The notes under the pieces: model-generated | Told to the model about the DNA's origin: nothing | The model's input: the letters and a program-made list of their open reading frames with translations, nothing else | The model's database searches: none | Shown: one piece after another, positions 47,501 to 58,700 of the stretch | How positions within the stretch are numbered: the first letter of the stretch is position 1 | Layout: each line of letters begins with the position of its first letter | Program-made: the position numbers and the translations under genes | NCBI GenBank assembly: GCA_000708835.1 | Contig: DF237177.1 | Span: forward strand, 62,001 to 125,485 | From: Klebsormidium nitens | Lineage: Eukaryota; Plantae; Klebsormidiophyceae | Direction of reading: 5' to 3' | DNA length: 63,485 nt

Positions 47501-48573
47501 GGTGGCCGCGCTTCACCATGCGCCTCGCACGCCTGGAAATGGAGCGCCGCCTCAGGGACGTTGAGCACCGAGGTCAGGAAACGATCCCGAACCGAGTGGA
47601 AAGCCTCCAGGCGCCGCTCCCAATCGCTGCGGTTCTCGACAGGGGCCGAATTGTCCAGGTCAAAGTAGATGCGCCAGCAGGCATCGTCTTGAATGATCTC
47701 GTACCAGTGAGCGTACGGGCCGATCAACCTCCGATGCGCTACCAAAGCTGCAATATCTTGGAAGCTGCCATACCGTTTTGCCCCGTTCCTGTTGAGGTCC
47801 TCGGCAACCAGGACTGTGTGCCCGGCTGCCCGCTGTTGCTGGAGCGCAATATCCAACTTTTTGCACCAGCCGGGCCCCCTATCTTCGACTGATGCAGCCT
47901 GGGGGGGCTCCCTGGGCAGCTGCGCAGGCGGCTCCATGGGCGGAAGTGGGGATGATGGCTCTGCAGACGGCTCAGGTGCAGCGGGCTGACTTGTGTCCGC
48001 TGCCGGGAGCTGGTTTGGCAGGACGACGGGCGCCTGCTCCTGGTGGGCGAGGGGAGGGGAAGGGGCGACTGCTGGGGGCTGACCCGGGACAACCTCGGCC
48101 CATGCATTGTCGGCGGGGCGCGGGGCTATGACCAGGGGCACCTGGGGCTGGTCAGCGAGGGGGTGAGAGGGTGGGTGCCCAGTGGGGAAGGGAGGCTCAC
48201 GGGGCTGCGAGAGGGAGGGAGCCAAACCCTGAACCTCATCCATGGAAGGCTGGTTGGCCGGCGGCGACGGTGGGGCCTGATCATCTTCTACTGCGGATGA
48301 AGAGGGGGTCTTCCTCCCACTAGGAACAGGCGCACTCGAAGCGGGGTCTTCCGCCCGAGAAGAAAAAGACATGGACGGCAGAGGGGACGAAGGGCTCGCG
48401 TTGCGGATAGTGCGGGCCAAGGCATCCCCCGTCCCGCATGCACCCAGGGGGCGCACGCGCCCATATGTTTTCAACCGCTCCTCTCGCGCAGCCGCCTCTT
48501 CAGCGCCTCGCTTGGCTTGCAGGCGGTCTACCAGAGCTCCAATGTCTGGAATGGGAGCGTCAGTCACCAAACC
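41537..48573 (-). CDS. Spliced fusion: PrimPol-like archaeo-eukaryotic primase + Zn-binding domain + UL9/origin-binding-protein-like SF2 helicase; exons 48573-46790, 45244-44525, 43899-43273, 42983-42688, 42077-41537; 5' exon(s) not found; 1-nt frameshift near 44600
   Basis: AEP motifs YEII..., IYFDLD, KYSVHEV and DDSVYDRRRCFRLLRSSK; Zn-like CCIAGRRH...YQCFANSC. The phase-2 splice gives SCR-GECR. Helicase motifs SAKKGVGKS, NISLS, VCCINSIHR, VGMDEMD, IGMDAN, KVV-CPSTSK, DLVAFSPKLGPGVS and QQHARFR. All junctions are GT-AG and phase-compatible. Confidence 0.85.
45491..46370. repeat. Dispersed direct repeats inside the 1.5-kb intron of the AEP-helicase gene
   Basis: GTCCC(A/C)AA(A)CCAGGCCC(A/T)CTGCAAACAA(G/A)AAACGAGC at about 45491, 45784 and 46286; a CAGATTCA.CC.GAC.ACACTCTC block at about 45733, 45833 and 46336. 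Confidence 0.85.
46117..46280 (+). pseudogene. Short fragment of a second, distinct D5-like helicase inside the intron (antisense to the host gene)
   Basis: LKSIICTDSLPKFDVKDSGTLKKLRVFPFDREFVEKPKPNTNERLID matches the D5 C-motif/Arg-finger segment (consensus-like KL..CTN.LP....D.GTWRRL..IPF...FV..P...NE). It differs clearly from the local D5 gene. Confidence 0.65.
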
Positions 48574-50827
48574 CTGCAGCAGTTTGAAGAGGGTTTATGT
48601 AAGCACCCAAAACCACGCCTGAGAACCTTGGGTCCCTGATTATCAAGGTGCTAACATGCCAATTAACGATCCGAGAACATATATTGGGCAATCTTCCCCA
48701 GCAAAGCGCGAGCGATGCATCCTGTTTGTCAGGGTTTGGGGGCCAGTTGCATACGCACAAGCCGATTGCTTGCGCCTTGACCTTTGCCTTAACCTGGATG
48801 TTGATCCTAACCTTAACCTCACGCATCAAATAGGTAGGGCCAACCGCATCGCGGTTCAGTGAGCTGCAACAGAGGGAGGTGTTCTACCAGGCATCTTACG
48901 ACGGGTGGCGCATGGCGCGGGCCTCCAAAGTCACCAAGCTCGGTTTATGTACAGCTTGCTCTTCACGTTGCATTCCGGAGGCCTTCAATGCCCCTAGAGT
49001 TCGGCGGTGAGCTTCAACGGCCGCTCGACTGGCCGCCCGAGCTGCCTCATCCACTAAGACAGGGTTTGGTTTTACCCTTTTGCTGTGGAAGCAAAAGGAG
49101 AGGTCGGGTCAGGACTGGGAATGTCTGCAGCACTAGTGGTTGACGGCAGGCCTGCTCCAGAAGCAATCTACCCAAGCTCTGGGACAATGCGATGAACCCC
49201 GCCTCAATTGAAAGGGGTGCCCTTGCCATTCGCAATCCTCAAAGAGCGCCACTTGCATCTGAGGGCAAACGAATGAGACGTACGCCAAAATGAGGAGACA
49301 AAGCAATCAGCTGAGCCAACGAGCTCACCGGGGCTTCTTCGGAACCGGCCGGCCATCCTTGGCGCCACCGGTGTTGATGGCGTCGCTTCGCCGTCCTGGT
49401 CCTGTACCTGAAGGCCAACGGGTCGGCAAACGTGTGAGCTAAAAATGAGCGCAATCGCAGCAATCAAAGTACCGCTGATGTGTGTGATGGGGCTGGAATC
49501 TGCAGAAGCGAAGCCAGGTTCTAGCCAGTTTAGGATGGCCTTTGTGGGAGAGGCAAATGGCAAGGAGCAGCCAATGAAGCATTGGGCACGAGATGAGGGC
49601 ATGCAAGTGGCACTGTCCTGGCGAGCTTGGCAACGCGTGCCACGTAGAGGACGGTGCTACAAAGATGCAACATGGCCAGAGGCTCACCATCACCCCAATC
49701 TCTCCAGCTGATGGCACCGCCGTCGATTCCATAGCAGCCCCACTCGGGGGCACGTCATGCAGCAGGAGGTCTGTCTCCGCCCAAGGATCCTCTCCAGGAG
49801 GCGCCTGATCACAAGCAGCAAGCGGAGAAAGACATCTGTCAAGTTCAGGCGCGAGACCTGCGCTATCTGGGTGGAAATAAGCGCCTGATCAACGAGATCA
49901 AGATCATCGGGGAAGACCAGGAGCGGCTGCCGGACGACCATCCCCCCAGGGTCTTTGGCCAGATACGCCCAGCAGTGACAACCCTCAGAATTGATCAGAG
50001 AACTAGAGGATGCTCACTTCGGAAAGATGCGCCGCGGCGCCATCAAGCACTAGTGTGTCCCCTCCCGATGCTAGGGAACACTCCCCTTCCGCCCGGATTC
50101 CCACTGAAGATGGCCCCGGATTGCTCTCGATTCCGCCCATCATCAGAAGCTTCGCTGCAAACGATCGACCAAACTAGATTGATCGTTGACGTAGATAGGC
50201 AGGCGACCGTGGAAATGACCAAGAATCTCAGCAGAGCGAGTGGGCGATCTTATGAGGGCAGAACACTGAAGCGTCAAGGCTCTTGAGCTTCAATGTATCT
50301 TTTGCGCACACAGCTGAGGCCTGTTCTGAACCTTTTTCCAACGTCCGGGGTTTCACTGATGGTACGGTTAGGGGCCAAATGTGAAGCCGGATCTCACTTC
50401 CCATTATGATCATCTAAGCAACTTACCGATCAGATGTCTGCTTTTCGGTGTCGCGTCCCTCCAATATCCGTCTTGCTGCCAGACGTTGCCACCTGTCAAG
50501 GAGAGGGAAGGCAATCAATCTTTTGGTATGCTTCGGGGCAATGGGAAAAGGCTCGAAAGAAGCCTCCAAGCTTTGCGTGGAGAGGTCCGCAGGTAACATA
50601 CAGACAGATTGCAATTTGAGACCAGCTCTGCAAAGTGAGGGGTTTGCGCTCGTGATCAAGTGAAGAGTGCACCAGGCGAGCCCTCACCCCTCTGATGTGA
50701 CTCCTCGTCAAGGGCTCGTGCCAGTTCCGCCTTCACTTTGTACACTTCACAGCTCCGTGCCCACTCTGCAGGATGCCGCGAAGCACATGTCTGTGCAACG
50801 AGCGCTCACATACAAGGCATAGCATGC

Positions 50828-51139
50828 CTACACAATCTGCATACTTGCATGGTTGGGTGGGCACAACTCTTGATCAAGCAACTGATGTAGAGGTCTAGCA
50901 GCCCTCAGGAACCGTGATCTTACCCCCGACGGTGCAGCAGCAGCTGCATAGGGCTCACCTGCGCGGGTCCTCTCCAACATGAAGAATCGCTTGAAGTCGC
51001 GATGCACACAGCAGGAGTACTTTAGGTTGCCCCCTTCCTTGCTTCCGCGCAGCCCATGGGTTGCAGGGGCACCACATTCTTCGCAGTAAGCAGCGTGCGA
51101 AACTGGTGAGGAAAGACAGAGAACAGGGATCAGGAACAC
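50828..51139 (-). other. Possible Cys/His metal-binding coding fragment
   Basis: CEECGAPATHG...YSCCVHR within a 103-codon ORF; no family assigned. Confidence 0.25.
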
Positions 51140-51265
51140 ACTTCAAGAAGTGTCAGACTTCAGCAAGTGTTGCAGAAGATGCTCGCCCTTAGAGGATTTC
51201 TGGCAGATGCGATAAACACACGACACTTGAAAACAACAAGCTGGGTAGGTCCAGGAAAGTGTCCG

Positions 51266-51625
51266 GCATGGGGCTGACAATTTGCACCACCAGTCTATGC
51301 ATGCAAGCTTCTCAGCCGGTGCAAATTGTCAACCCTCGAACCATCGATCACCACAGAAAGTAGCCGGGAAAAGGCCCAGCATGGGGCTGACAATATGCAC
51401 CACCAGTCTATGCATGCAAGCTTCTCAGCCGGCGCAAATCATTCAGGCCTCGAACCATTAATCACCACAGAAAGTAGCCAGAAAAACGCCCGGCATGGGG
51501 CTGACAATATGCACCACTGGACTAAGCATTTGAGATTCTCACCCGATGCAGATTGTCAGACCCTCGTATTTATCCGAGAACCAAGGACAGCGCCCGGTAT
51601 GGGGCTGGAGCTGACAATCTCTACC
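51266..51625 (+). repeat. Third array of the TGACAATTTGCAC hairpin satellite (about 3.5 diverged units, about 113 bp)
   Basis: GCATGGGGCTGACAAT(T/A)TGCACCAC at about 51267, 51380 and 51493; single related units at about 52990 and 53662. Confidence 0.85.
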
Positions 51626-52231
51626 AGCCGTTCTTTGACATCTTGGGTGGAGGAGCAGTGAGACTTGACCAGCCATTCTTGGCATGAGAGCTTCAGAGCT
51701 CCCCTGGACATTCATAGCGTTGCAAAACCCGTTGCACCCCTGTACTGTTGCAGAATCGAACCTATTGCACCCCTGTACTGAAAGTGGACAACTGATTGAA
51801 CATCACAGAGGCCCGATCAAGGTACAGGTCTGCAGGTGCATGCTGCTAAGTTCTCACCGTTGTCCCCGACAAAGAAGCTAGTGAGTCGCTCCCTTGCTTT
51901 CGGTCCAGCTCGGGGCAGGTCCTGATTCGTGGCAGCTGGGCTCGTGGGCGCTGGGTTTGTGGAAGCCCTGTGCGCTCTGCGGGAGGTTGTCGGTGGTCGC
52001 TGCAGCCCCTCCAGGTGGGCCTGCATGATCGACTTCAAGACATCCTCAAAGCCCTTTTGCAGGCCCGCATCTGCAGTGCTCGCCAGCGCCTCGAGCCCTG
52101 CCATCGCGGCATGCAGGCTCCCATCCCAGGCNNNNNNNNNNNNNNNNNNNNGGAAGAGAGCGAGCAAGATCACACCAGGGCTGAAACCATTCAACCCACG
52201 AGCTGAAGGATTTTGGGGCCGGTGGAGTTGA

Positions 52232-52600
52232 CCAGTCAAAACTTCCCTTGCTAGTATAAGCATTCCAATCTTTCAAGGCAGAACTTTTGACTTCCAGATG
52301 TCCCCAGGCCAATCCAACAGTGATCCTGCAGGCGCTTGGAGCGGCAGCGCCCACCAGTCAAAACTTCCCTTGAACATGTAAGCATTCCAACCTTTCAAGG
52401 AAGAACTTTTGACTTCCAAAGCTCCCCGGCCAACCCAACAGTGCTCCTGTAGGCGCTTGGAGCGGCAGCGCCCATCAGTCAAAACTTCCCTTCAAAGTAT
52501 AAGCATTCCCGCCTCAGCCCTGATCCTAACAGTGTTGTACGGATCAGCGCTGGGGGGCAGTCAAAACTTGCTCCATGAATATAAGCATTCCAAACTTCCA
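52232..52600. repeat. Second repeat family of about 121 bp (CAGTCAAAACTTCCCTT...TAAGCATTCC...AACTTTTGACT), 4 units
   Basis: GTCAAAACTT at 52235, 52357, 52478 and 52560; periods of 122, 121 and 82 bp do not preserve frame. Confidence 0.85.
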
Positions 52601-53890
52601 AGGCTGACATTCTGACTTGCAGTCAACCTGGCCGTTCTACTCATGATCCTGAAGAGCCTCGTAAGCTGCAACCAAGATGCTGGCCTTACCCCAGCTTTTG
52701 ACTCCGCGCCACTCATTGCGCCATGAACCACCTCATGCATGGGTTGAACCAAGGGGCTGCTCAAATTGGGTGCAGCACCAGATGAGCGCGGGGTGGCTTC
52801 CTTTGTTGCTTGATTCCCCCCCTGCAGAGAGAGAGCCTACGATGACATCACCGAAGGCACATGTTGTCTGGCTCTGTGTCTGGCACGCAAAGCACTGGTC
52901 TATGTGTCTGAGCTTTCACACTAGAGCAAATTGACCAGCAGATTGCGCCATGAATCTCACAAGAAACCTCAGGAAAGTGCGCGGCAGGAGCTGACAGTTT
53001 GCACCAGCCTCCAAGCCCAAAGCAAATTGTCAGCCCTTCAGACCTTTGCTCTACAATCATAGAAGGGCCCGTGAAGTGCCTGGCAAGGCCCAACGGTTTG
53101 CACCAGCTGCATAATGCATTTGAGCCTCCAAGCCAATGCAACTTGTCAGACCTTTCATTTGTTGACTGCAGAAGGACCAAGGAATGTGCCTGGCAGGAGT
53201 TCACAAATTGCAATGGCGGGNNNNNNNNNNNNNNNNNNNNAATATAAGCATTCCAGACTTCCAAGGCTGACCTTCTGACTTGCAGTCAACCTGGCCATTC
53301 TACTCATGATCCTGAAGAGCCTCGTAAGCTGCAACCAAGATGCTGGCCTTACCCCAGCTTTTGACTCCGCGCCACTCATTGCGCCATGAACCACCTCATG
53401 CATGGGTTGAACCAAGGGGCTGCTCAAATTGGGTGCAGCACCAGATGAGCGCGGGGTGGCTTCCTTTGTTGCTTGATTCCCCCCCTGCAGAGAGAGAGCC
53501 TACGATGACATCACCGAAGGCACATGTGTCTCTGCTGCTGTCTGGCTGTGTGTCTGGCACGCAAAGCACTGGTCTATGTGTCTGAGCTTTCACACTAGAG
53601 CAAATTGACCAGCAGATTGCGCCATGAATCTCACAAGAAACCTCAGGAAAGTGCGCGGCAGGAGCTGACAGTTTGCACCAGCCTCCAAGCCTAAAGCAAA
53701 TTGTCAGCCCTTCAGACCTTTGCTCTACAATCATAGACGGGCCCGTGAAGTGCCTGGCAAGGCCCAACGGTTTGCACCAGCTGCATAATGCATTTGAGCC
53801 TCTAAGCCAATGCAACTTGTCAGACCTTTCATTTGTTGACTGCAGAAGAATCAAGGAATGTGCCTGGCAGGAGTTCACAAATTGCAATGG
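52583..53890. repeat. Near-identical tandem duplication of about 640-660 bp across a 20-N gap
   Basis: About 52583-53220 matches about 53243-53890 with a few substitutions and one short indel near 53525. Confidence 0.85.
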
Positions 53891-55759
53891 CTGGTCTGTG
53901 TGTTTAAGCTCCAATTGGTCTGTTCAATCTGAGCTTTGATTGATCTGTTCCATATGGCCTGACTGCGTGGACCTCGCACGCACAGAACAGCGTTGATGAG
54001 CTCACCCCAATGGAAGGCGGTAATCCAACAGAAGGGGTGCCTTCCTTGGCGTCAAAGAGGGTGGCTGCCAGCTCCTGCGACAGCGCTGACGTCTTCTCTG
54101 CCATCTGCTGCAAGAATTGAACAGATAATGCTCAGAGGATCCCTCAGATTCCGAAGATGCATTGACGAGCAATTGACTTCTGGTGAGAATCAATGCAATC
54201 CATCAGCTGTGATTAGTCCTGCTTTGCAAGCACAGCCCTCAGCCTGCAATGTGCAGGCCGGCCAGCTGCGGAAGCACATAAGCCTGGGCACAAGAGCTTA
54301 CCTTTTGATTTGGTGCGCAGTGCGACTGCCCACGTACTCTGTTTTCACTGAATATTCAACCTGCACCAAGGCCATGAAAGAGTATGTGCATGCATGCATG
54401 CGTGCAAGATGTCATATTGGATCAGCAAGACATGTGCATGTTGCTGACTGCCCGCTCAATTGCATACTAATGTTGATGGAAAAACGCACGCCTGGTCAGG
54501 TTCCAACATGCCTAGCAGCCCCTCTCTTCCAAGAGCACAGAGACCCAGAAACATCCATCTGACAGCACACAGCACAGGCCTTCAGGATTGTTTTAAAAGA
54601 TAGAAGGCAAGCTGCTCCCACCTGACCGTCATCAGACGCCTGCGCGCAAGACGTGTTGACCGCAGACTCCCGGCTCCTAAGCTCGCTCCAGAGCTCTTTC
54701 CAGAAATGGAGCCTTTGCTGTTTTGAGAAATGAAGTTCGGGACCATGGCAGCCCACGAAAACAAGCTCAAAGAGCTGCCAAAGGATGCCAGAGTGCGCCA
54801 TCGGGTGCCGCCGGCAAGTGTGCCTGATGACCTGTCCAGAATCTGAGTCACATTCAAGGAATCTGAGTCAGCTGTGGAAACATCTGAAAGCAAGCTTGAT
54901 AGCGGCAATGCGGTGAGCAATCTTCAACAACACCCGGGGAAGCCACCATCGTAAGTCACAAGGAAATTTTGCATCGACCATTGCCTTGCTGCTTCGCGCT
55001 ACCCGTGGCCTGTCTACTGTATACCTTAAGCTGCTTGCTGCGAACATTGCCAGTGAAGTGGGTGGGAACGGTCTGCAACAGCCTGGTAATCACACACACA
55101 CGAGCTGGTAATGGTGAGCCGGCCAGGTGCCAGGTCCTTCTGGGCAGATAGCTTATCCGCTCCGTGGCGGCGTTGGGGAAATGCAAGGTCGCGCCGACTG
55201 GTGTATGGGCAGTACTACATCTCTAGTGCTAAGGCATCTACAGCTGGACATGCATTGAAGCTAGAGATGATCATTGGCTTTTATACTACCTTGGCCGCGT
55301 TGAGCCATCGGGCGGCGCGCCGACGTTACCAGGATACACATGAGAGATTGTCTCTTTTCTTTTCAAGCGCCATAGTCACATGGGCTTGACATCAGAAGTT
55401 TCACTGTGCGAATGTGCATATCAACGCAAGCCATGCGTATGCACAGGCATATGGTTAATATGGTTTTTCCAGTACGATAGAGCCAGGTTGGGCAGAATAT
55501 GCAATAATCGCTACAAGACATGAAATCGAGCTTGATAAAGAACCCAAGTGCATCGATCGTTGTGGTCAATGCATATGACACTAGCGCCATAGCCTGCCAG
55601 TGTGCAAACCTCGGTTCTGCATGTCAATTTATCACCTGTCAGTGTTGCATCAAGTGCACCAGCATGCATCCAATACGTGGATAATCCCTGCGAACAGTCA
55701 GAGTGTACCCAAAGTAGCAATCACTCATTCTGATTTTCAGCTGGATTACAGCACAGACT

Positions 55760-58700
55760 GGATCAAGACCACCGGCTTCCATTCCCAATTTCTCCGCGTC
55801 GCAATCTCTTGCAGCATGTCTCCTAGCAGCACACGGTCGGTCACGCAACCAAACTCCAATCTTGTCTTCGTTTCTCTGCCCACCTCTAGCTGCGTCATAG
55901 GAATAACAACGCCATGAACCAAGAAACTGAATTAATCGAATCAGCTGGAAGCCCATCCAGAAAATGAGTTTCTGAAACTTCGTTCAAACCAAAGCGTGCA
56001 AAACCTTTGCCCCATTTCCGACAGGCTTTCAAAGAGGAATGTTGGATCCTGACCTCACAAACCCAACACAGCTTACCTCCATGCGCTCTCCAAGGTTCGC
56101 CACAGCAAACGGATGATGGTGCGGGACGGCGCTGAAGGCCACGAACGTAACCTTGGTCGTTATCTTCAGAAGTTCTCTTGCCTCGACCGGCCCCGCAACA
56201 TAGAACTTGCTGAGGTGGTCCGTAAAGGACTCCTTGAATCTCTGCAAGGCCGTGTTTTCCTATCTCAGTCTCAGTCTCACTCTCCTTCTGCGGCAGGCCA
56301 GTGACTCAAACGCACCCTCGATCACGTTTGAGGAAGAAGCATGCGAACATTCATCTGCGCATGCCATTAGAATGTGGAAAGAGGTATTGTGCCTTCCGAA
56401 ACGGAGCCAATTCCAAACGCGAATGCACATTCTGGTACTTACCTGTCTTTCCTCTAGGCGCTTGGCGGAGAAAAAGTACGCTGAGGTAAGTCCATCCAGG
56501 GTCTCGAACAGTAGCAGATCGATTTCGCAGGTAAATTCCTTCTTGCTGTAGGCAAAATCCCCCGAAAACGCCACTACTTCTCCCTGTGAAGCGAAAAGAG
56601 TACGAAGAGTAAAAACTATATGAAAAGCCGCCCAGCCTCTAAGTCCACCAAACCCCAACCGACGGAGAAGTGAACAGAAAAGGGTGCGACATCCATCTGA
56701 TCGATCCTTAAAAAGGAGGAAGGGAAGCATGGAACCTTGAAAAAGAGCCGCTCCACTCTGCGAGGGCGACGGGATAAGTGCTCGTAATGAGATAACGGAC
56801 CGCCCTAACATGCTGCTTCTCAGTTGCTAACCAAGGTATCCAGCACGGGCTGCTCAGAGCTTCTCTGCCCTGACTGTCCTGAAGCACAGTAAGGTTTGGT
56901 CTTTTGACAGGGGGGCTGCGATTGAGAAGCGGAGCTTCTTCACAGAGAGGAACAACTGCTAGGGACAAGTGCTGTACAGACTCGATGAATGACGATGTTA
57001 TGCAAATGACAAAACATGTTTACCTGAATGTTGTACCGGTGCTTCCAGAAGGCAATCGCCTCTCCACTCCGCAAAATCAGCTCCAGCACCTTCCCTTCCG
57101 CTCGGTTGATGGACCCGTCCTTTTGTCCCAGCACCTGCGTGAAAGAACGAAGAAGGTCGGCTTTCTAAAATGCAGGGGCACCAGACGACAAGCCATGCAT
57201 ACTAATGGCTAAAGCGAAGGCTTGTTCTTTTCAACGTTAAGGTCAACGTTAGGCAACTCCAAATCCGACTCCTTCGATAGTGCAATAACAGATGCCCCTT
57301 GGGAGCAACCAAAGCAAGGATGAAAAGGTGCAAAGTGGCGGGTGGCAGCCGCCCACTCCAGAATGTCGTCCGAGGAGGTAGATCCCACTCAGAGCCAAAG
57401 GGGTCATGGAACACGTAATCGGTGTTGCAAAGAGGTGCGAGGGAGCTGCTGGCGCCTCAGTGCAGTGTACCACAAACCAACCGATTTTATTGAACACTGC
57501 TCGAACCGACGTGCAACTTGCCACTGACGTCTACAGTCAGGCCTTAATAAAGACCAACAACTCGGCCTGTACTAGGACTCCGAGGGCGCAATCGCAAATG
57601 GTGACAAGTCCGTGACACCCAATAAAAAGGTCAAAGCGAAAGGGAGCATTGATTGATATCTGAGCTCCGTCTGTCCTTTGCAAAGGCTACCAGAAGCTTG
57701 GCGATGTCCCCTCATTGCCAGACAGTTGGCAACAATTGCACCGCTCTGAGGTTTGCTCCTAGGAGAAGCTGATCTGACCTGGATCGCCAGGATTCGCGCG
57801 TCGAGGGGCTCGTACAGAGAGTGCTTGCTGAGAGGCTTGGGGGCAATGAAGCCGTGCTCCACCAGACGCTGGACATGAGACTGATCCTGCTCGGAGAGGG
57901 TTCCGCTCCCGAAGTCCNNNNNNNNNNNNNNNNNNNNNNNNNNNNNNNNNNNNNNNNNNNNNNNNNNNNNNNNNNNNNNNNNNNNNNNNNNNNNNNNNNN
58001 NNNNNNNNNNNNNNNNNNNNNNNNNNNNNNNNNNNNNNNNNNNNNNNNNNNNNNNNNNNNNNNNNNNNNNNNNNNNNNNNNNNNNNNNNNNNNNNNNNNN
58101 NNNNNNNNNNNNNNNNNNNNNNNNNNNNNNNNNNNNNNNNNNNNNNNNNNNNNNNNNNNNNNNNNNNNNNNNNNNNNNNNNNNNNNNNNNNNNNNNNNNN
58201 NNNNNNNNNNNNNNNNNNNNNNNNNNNNNNNNNNNNNNNNNNNNNNNNNNNNNNNNNNNNNNAGCGGGAAAAGATGGCAGTCGGTTCGCATGATTGAACG
58301 ATGAGTCTTCAAGGTGTTAGGTTTTTAATCAGGGCGCATCTGAGTAGGAAGATCTGCTTCAAAAAGAAAGCAGGCTGGCCAACACAAAGGCGCTAAAGAG
58401 GACAATTGCGCGTCAGATCACAAGCCCACAAGCAGTCTCGATCTCAATCGTCTATCTGAACCATAAGCTTTTCAGTTCCGAGTCTCTTCCCTCTTGTGAC
58501 TGACGCTATCTTGATTCGTGTACCAGAAATCCCTGGCTTCACGGAAGCAGGAAGTGGACAACAGACATCCCTGACAAGAAACTAACAACCCAGAATTTCG
58601 CACTTGATGGCCTTGTAATGATGAAAGCAGGAAGTGTAGCACCTTCAGTGTCAACCTACACTCCCATCCCAGAATCTGTAGACCAAAAGGCTCTGACTCA

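Noticed and set aside
52046-52482. WNAYxxKGSFDW peptide-repeat protein
   Set aside because: Periods of 122, 121 and 82 bp do not keep frame and I found no convincing splice sites that restore it.
52583-53890. Biologically meaningful tandem duplication
   Set aside because: Near-identical copies meet at a 20-N gap, the typical signature of overlapping contig ends; kept only as a repeat feature.
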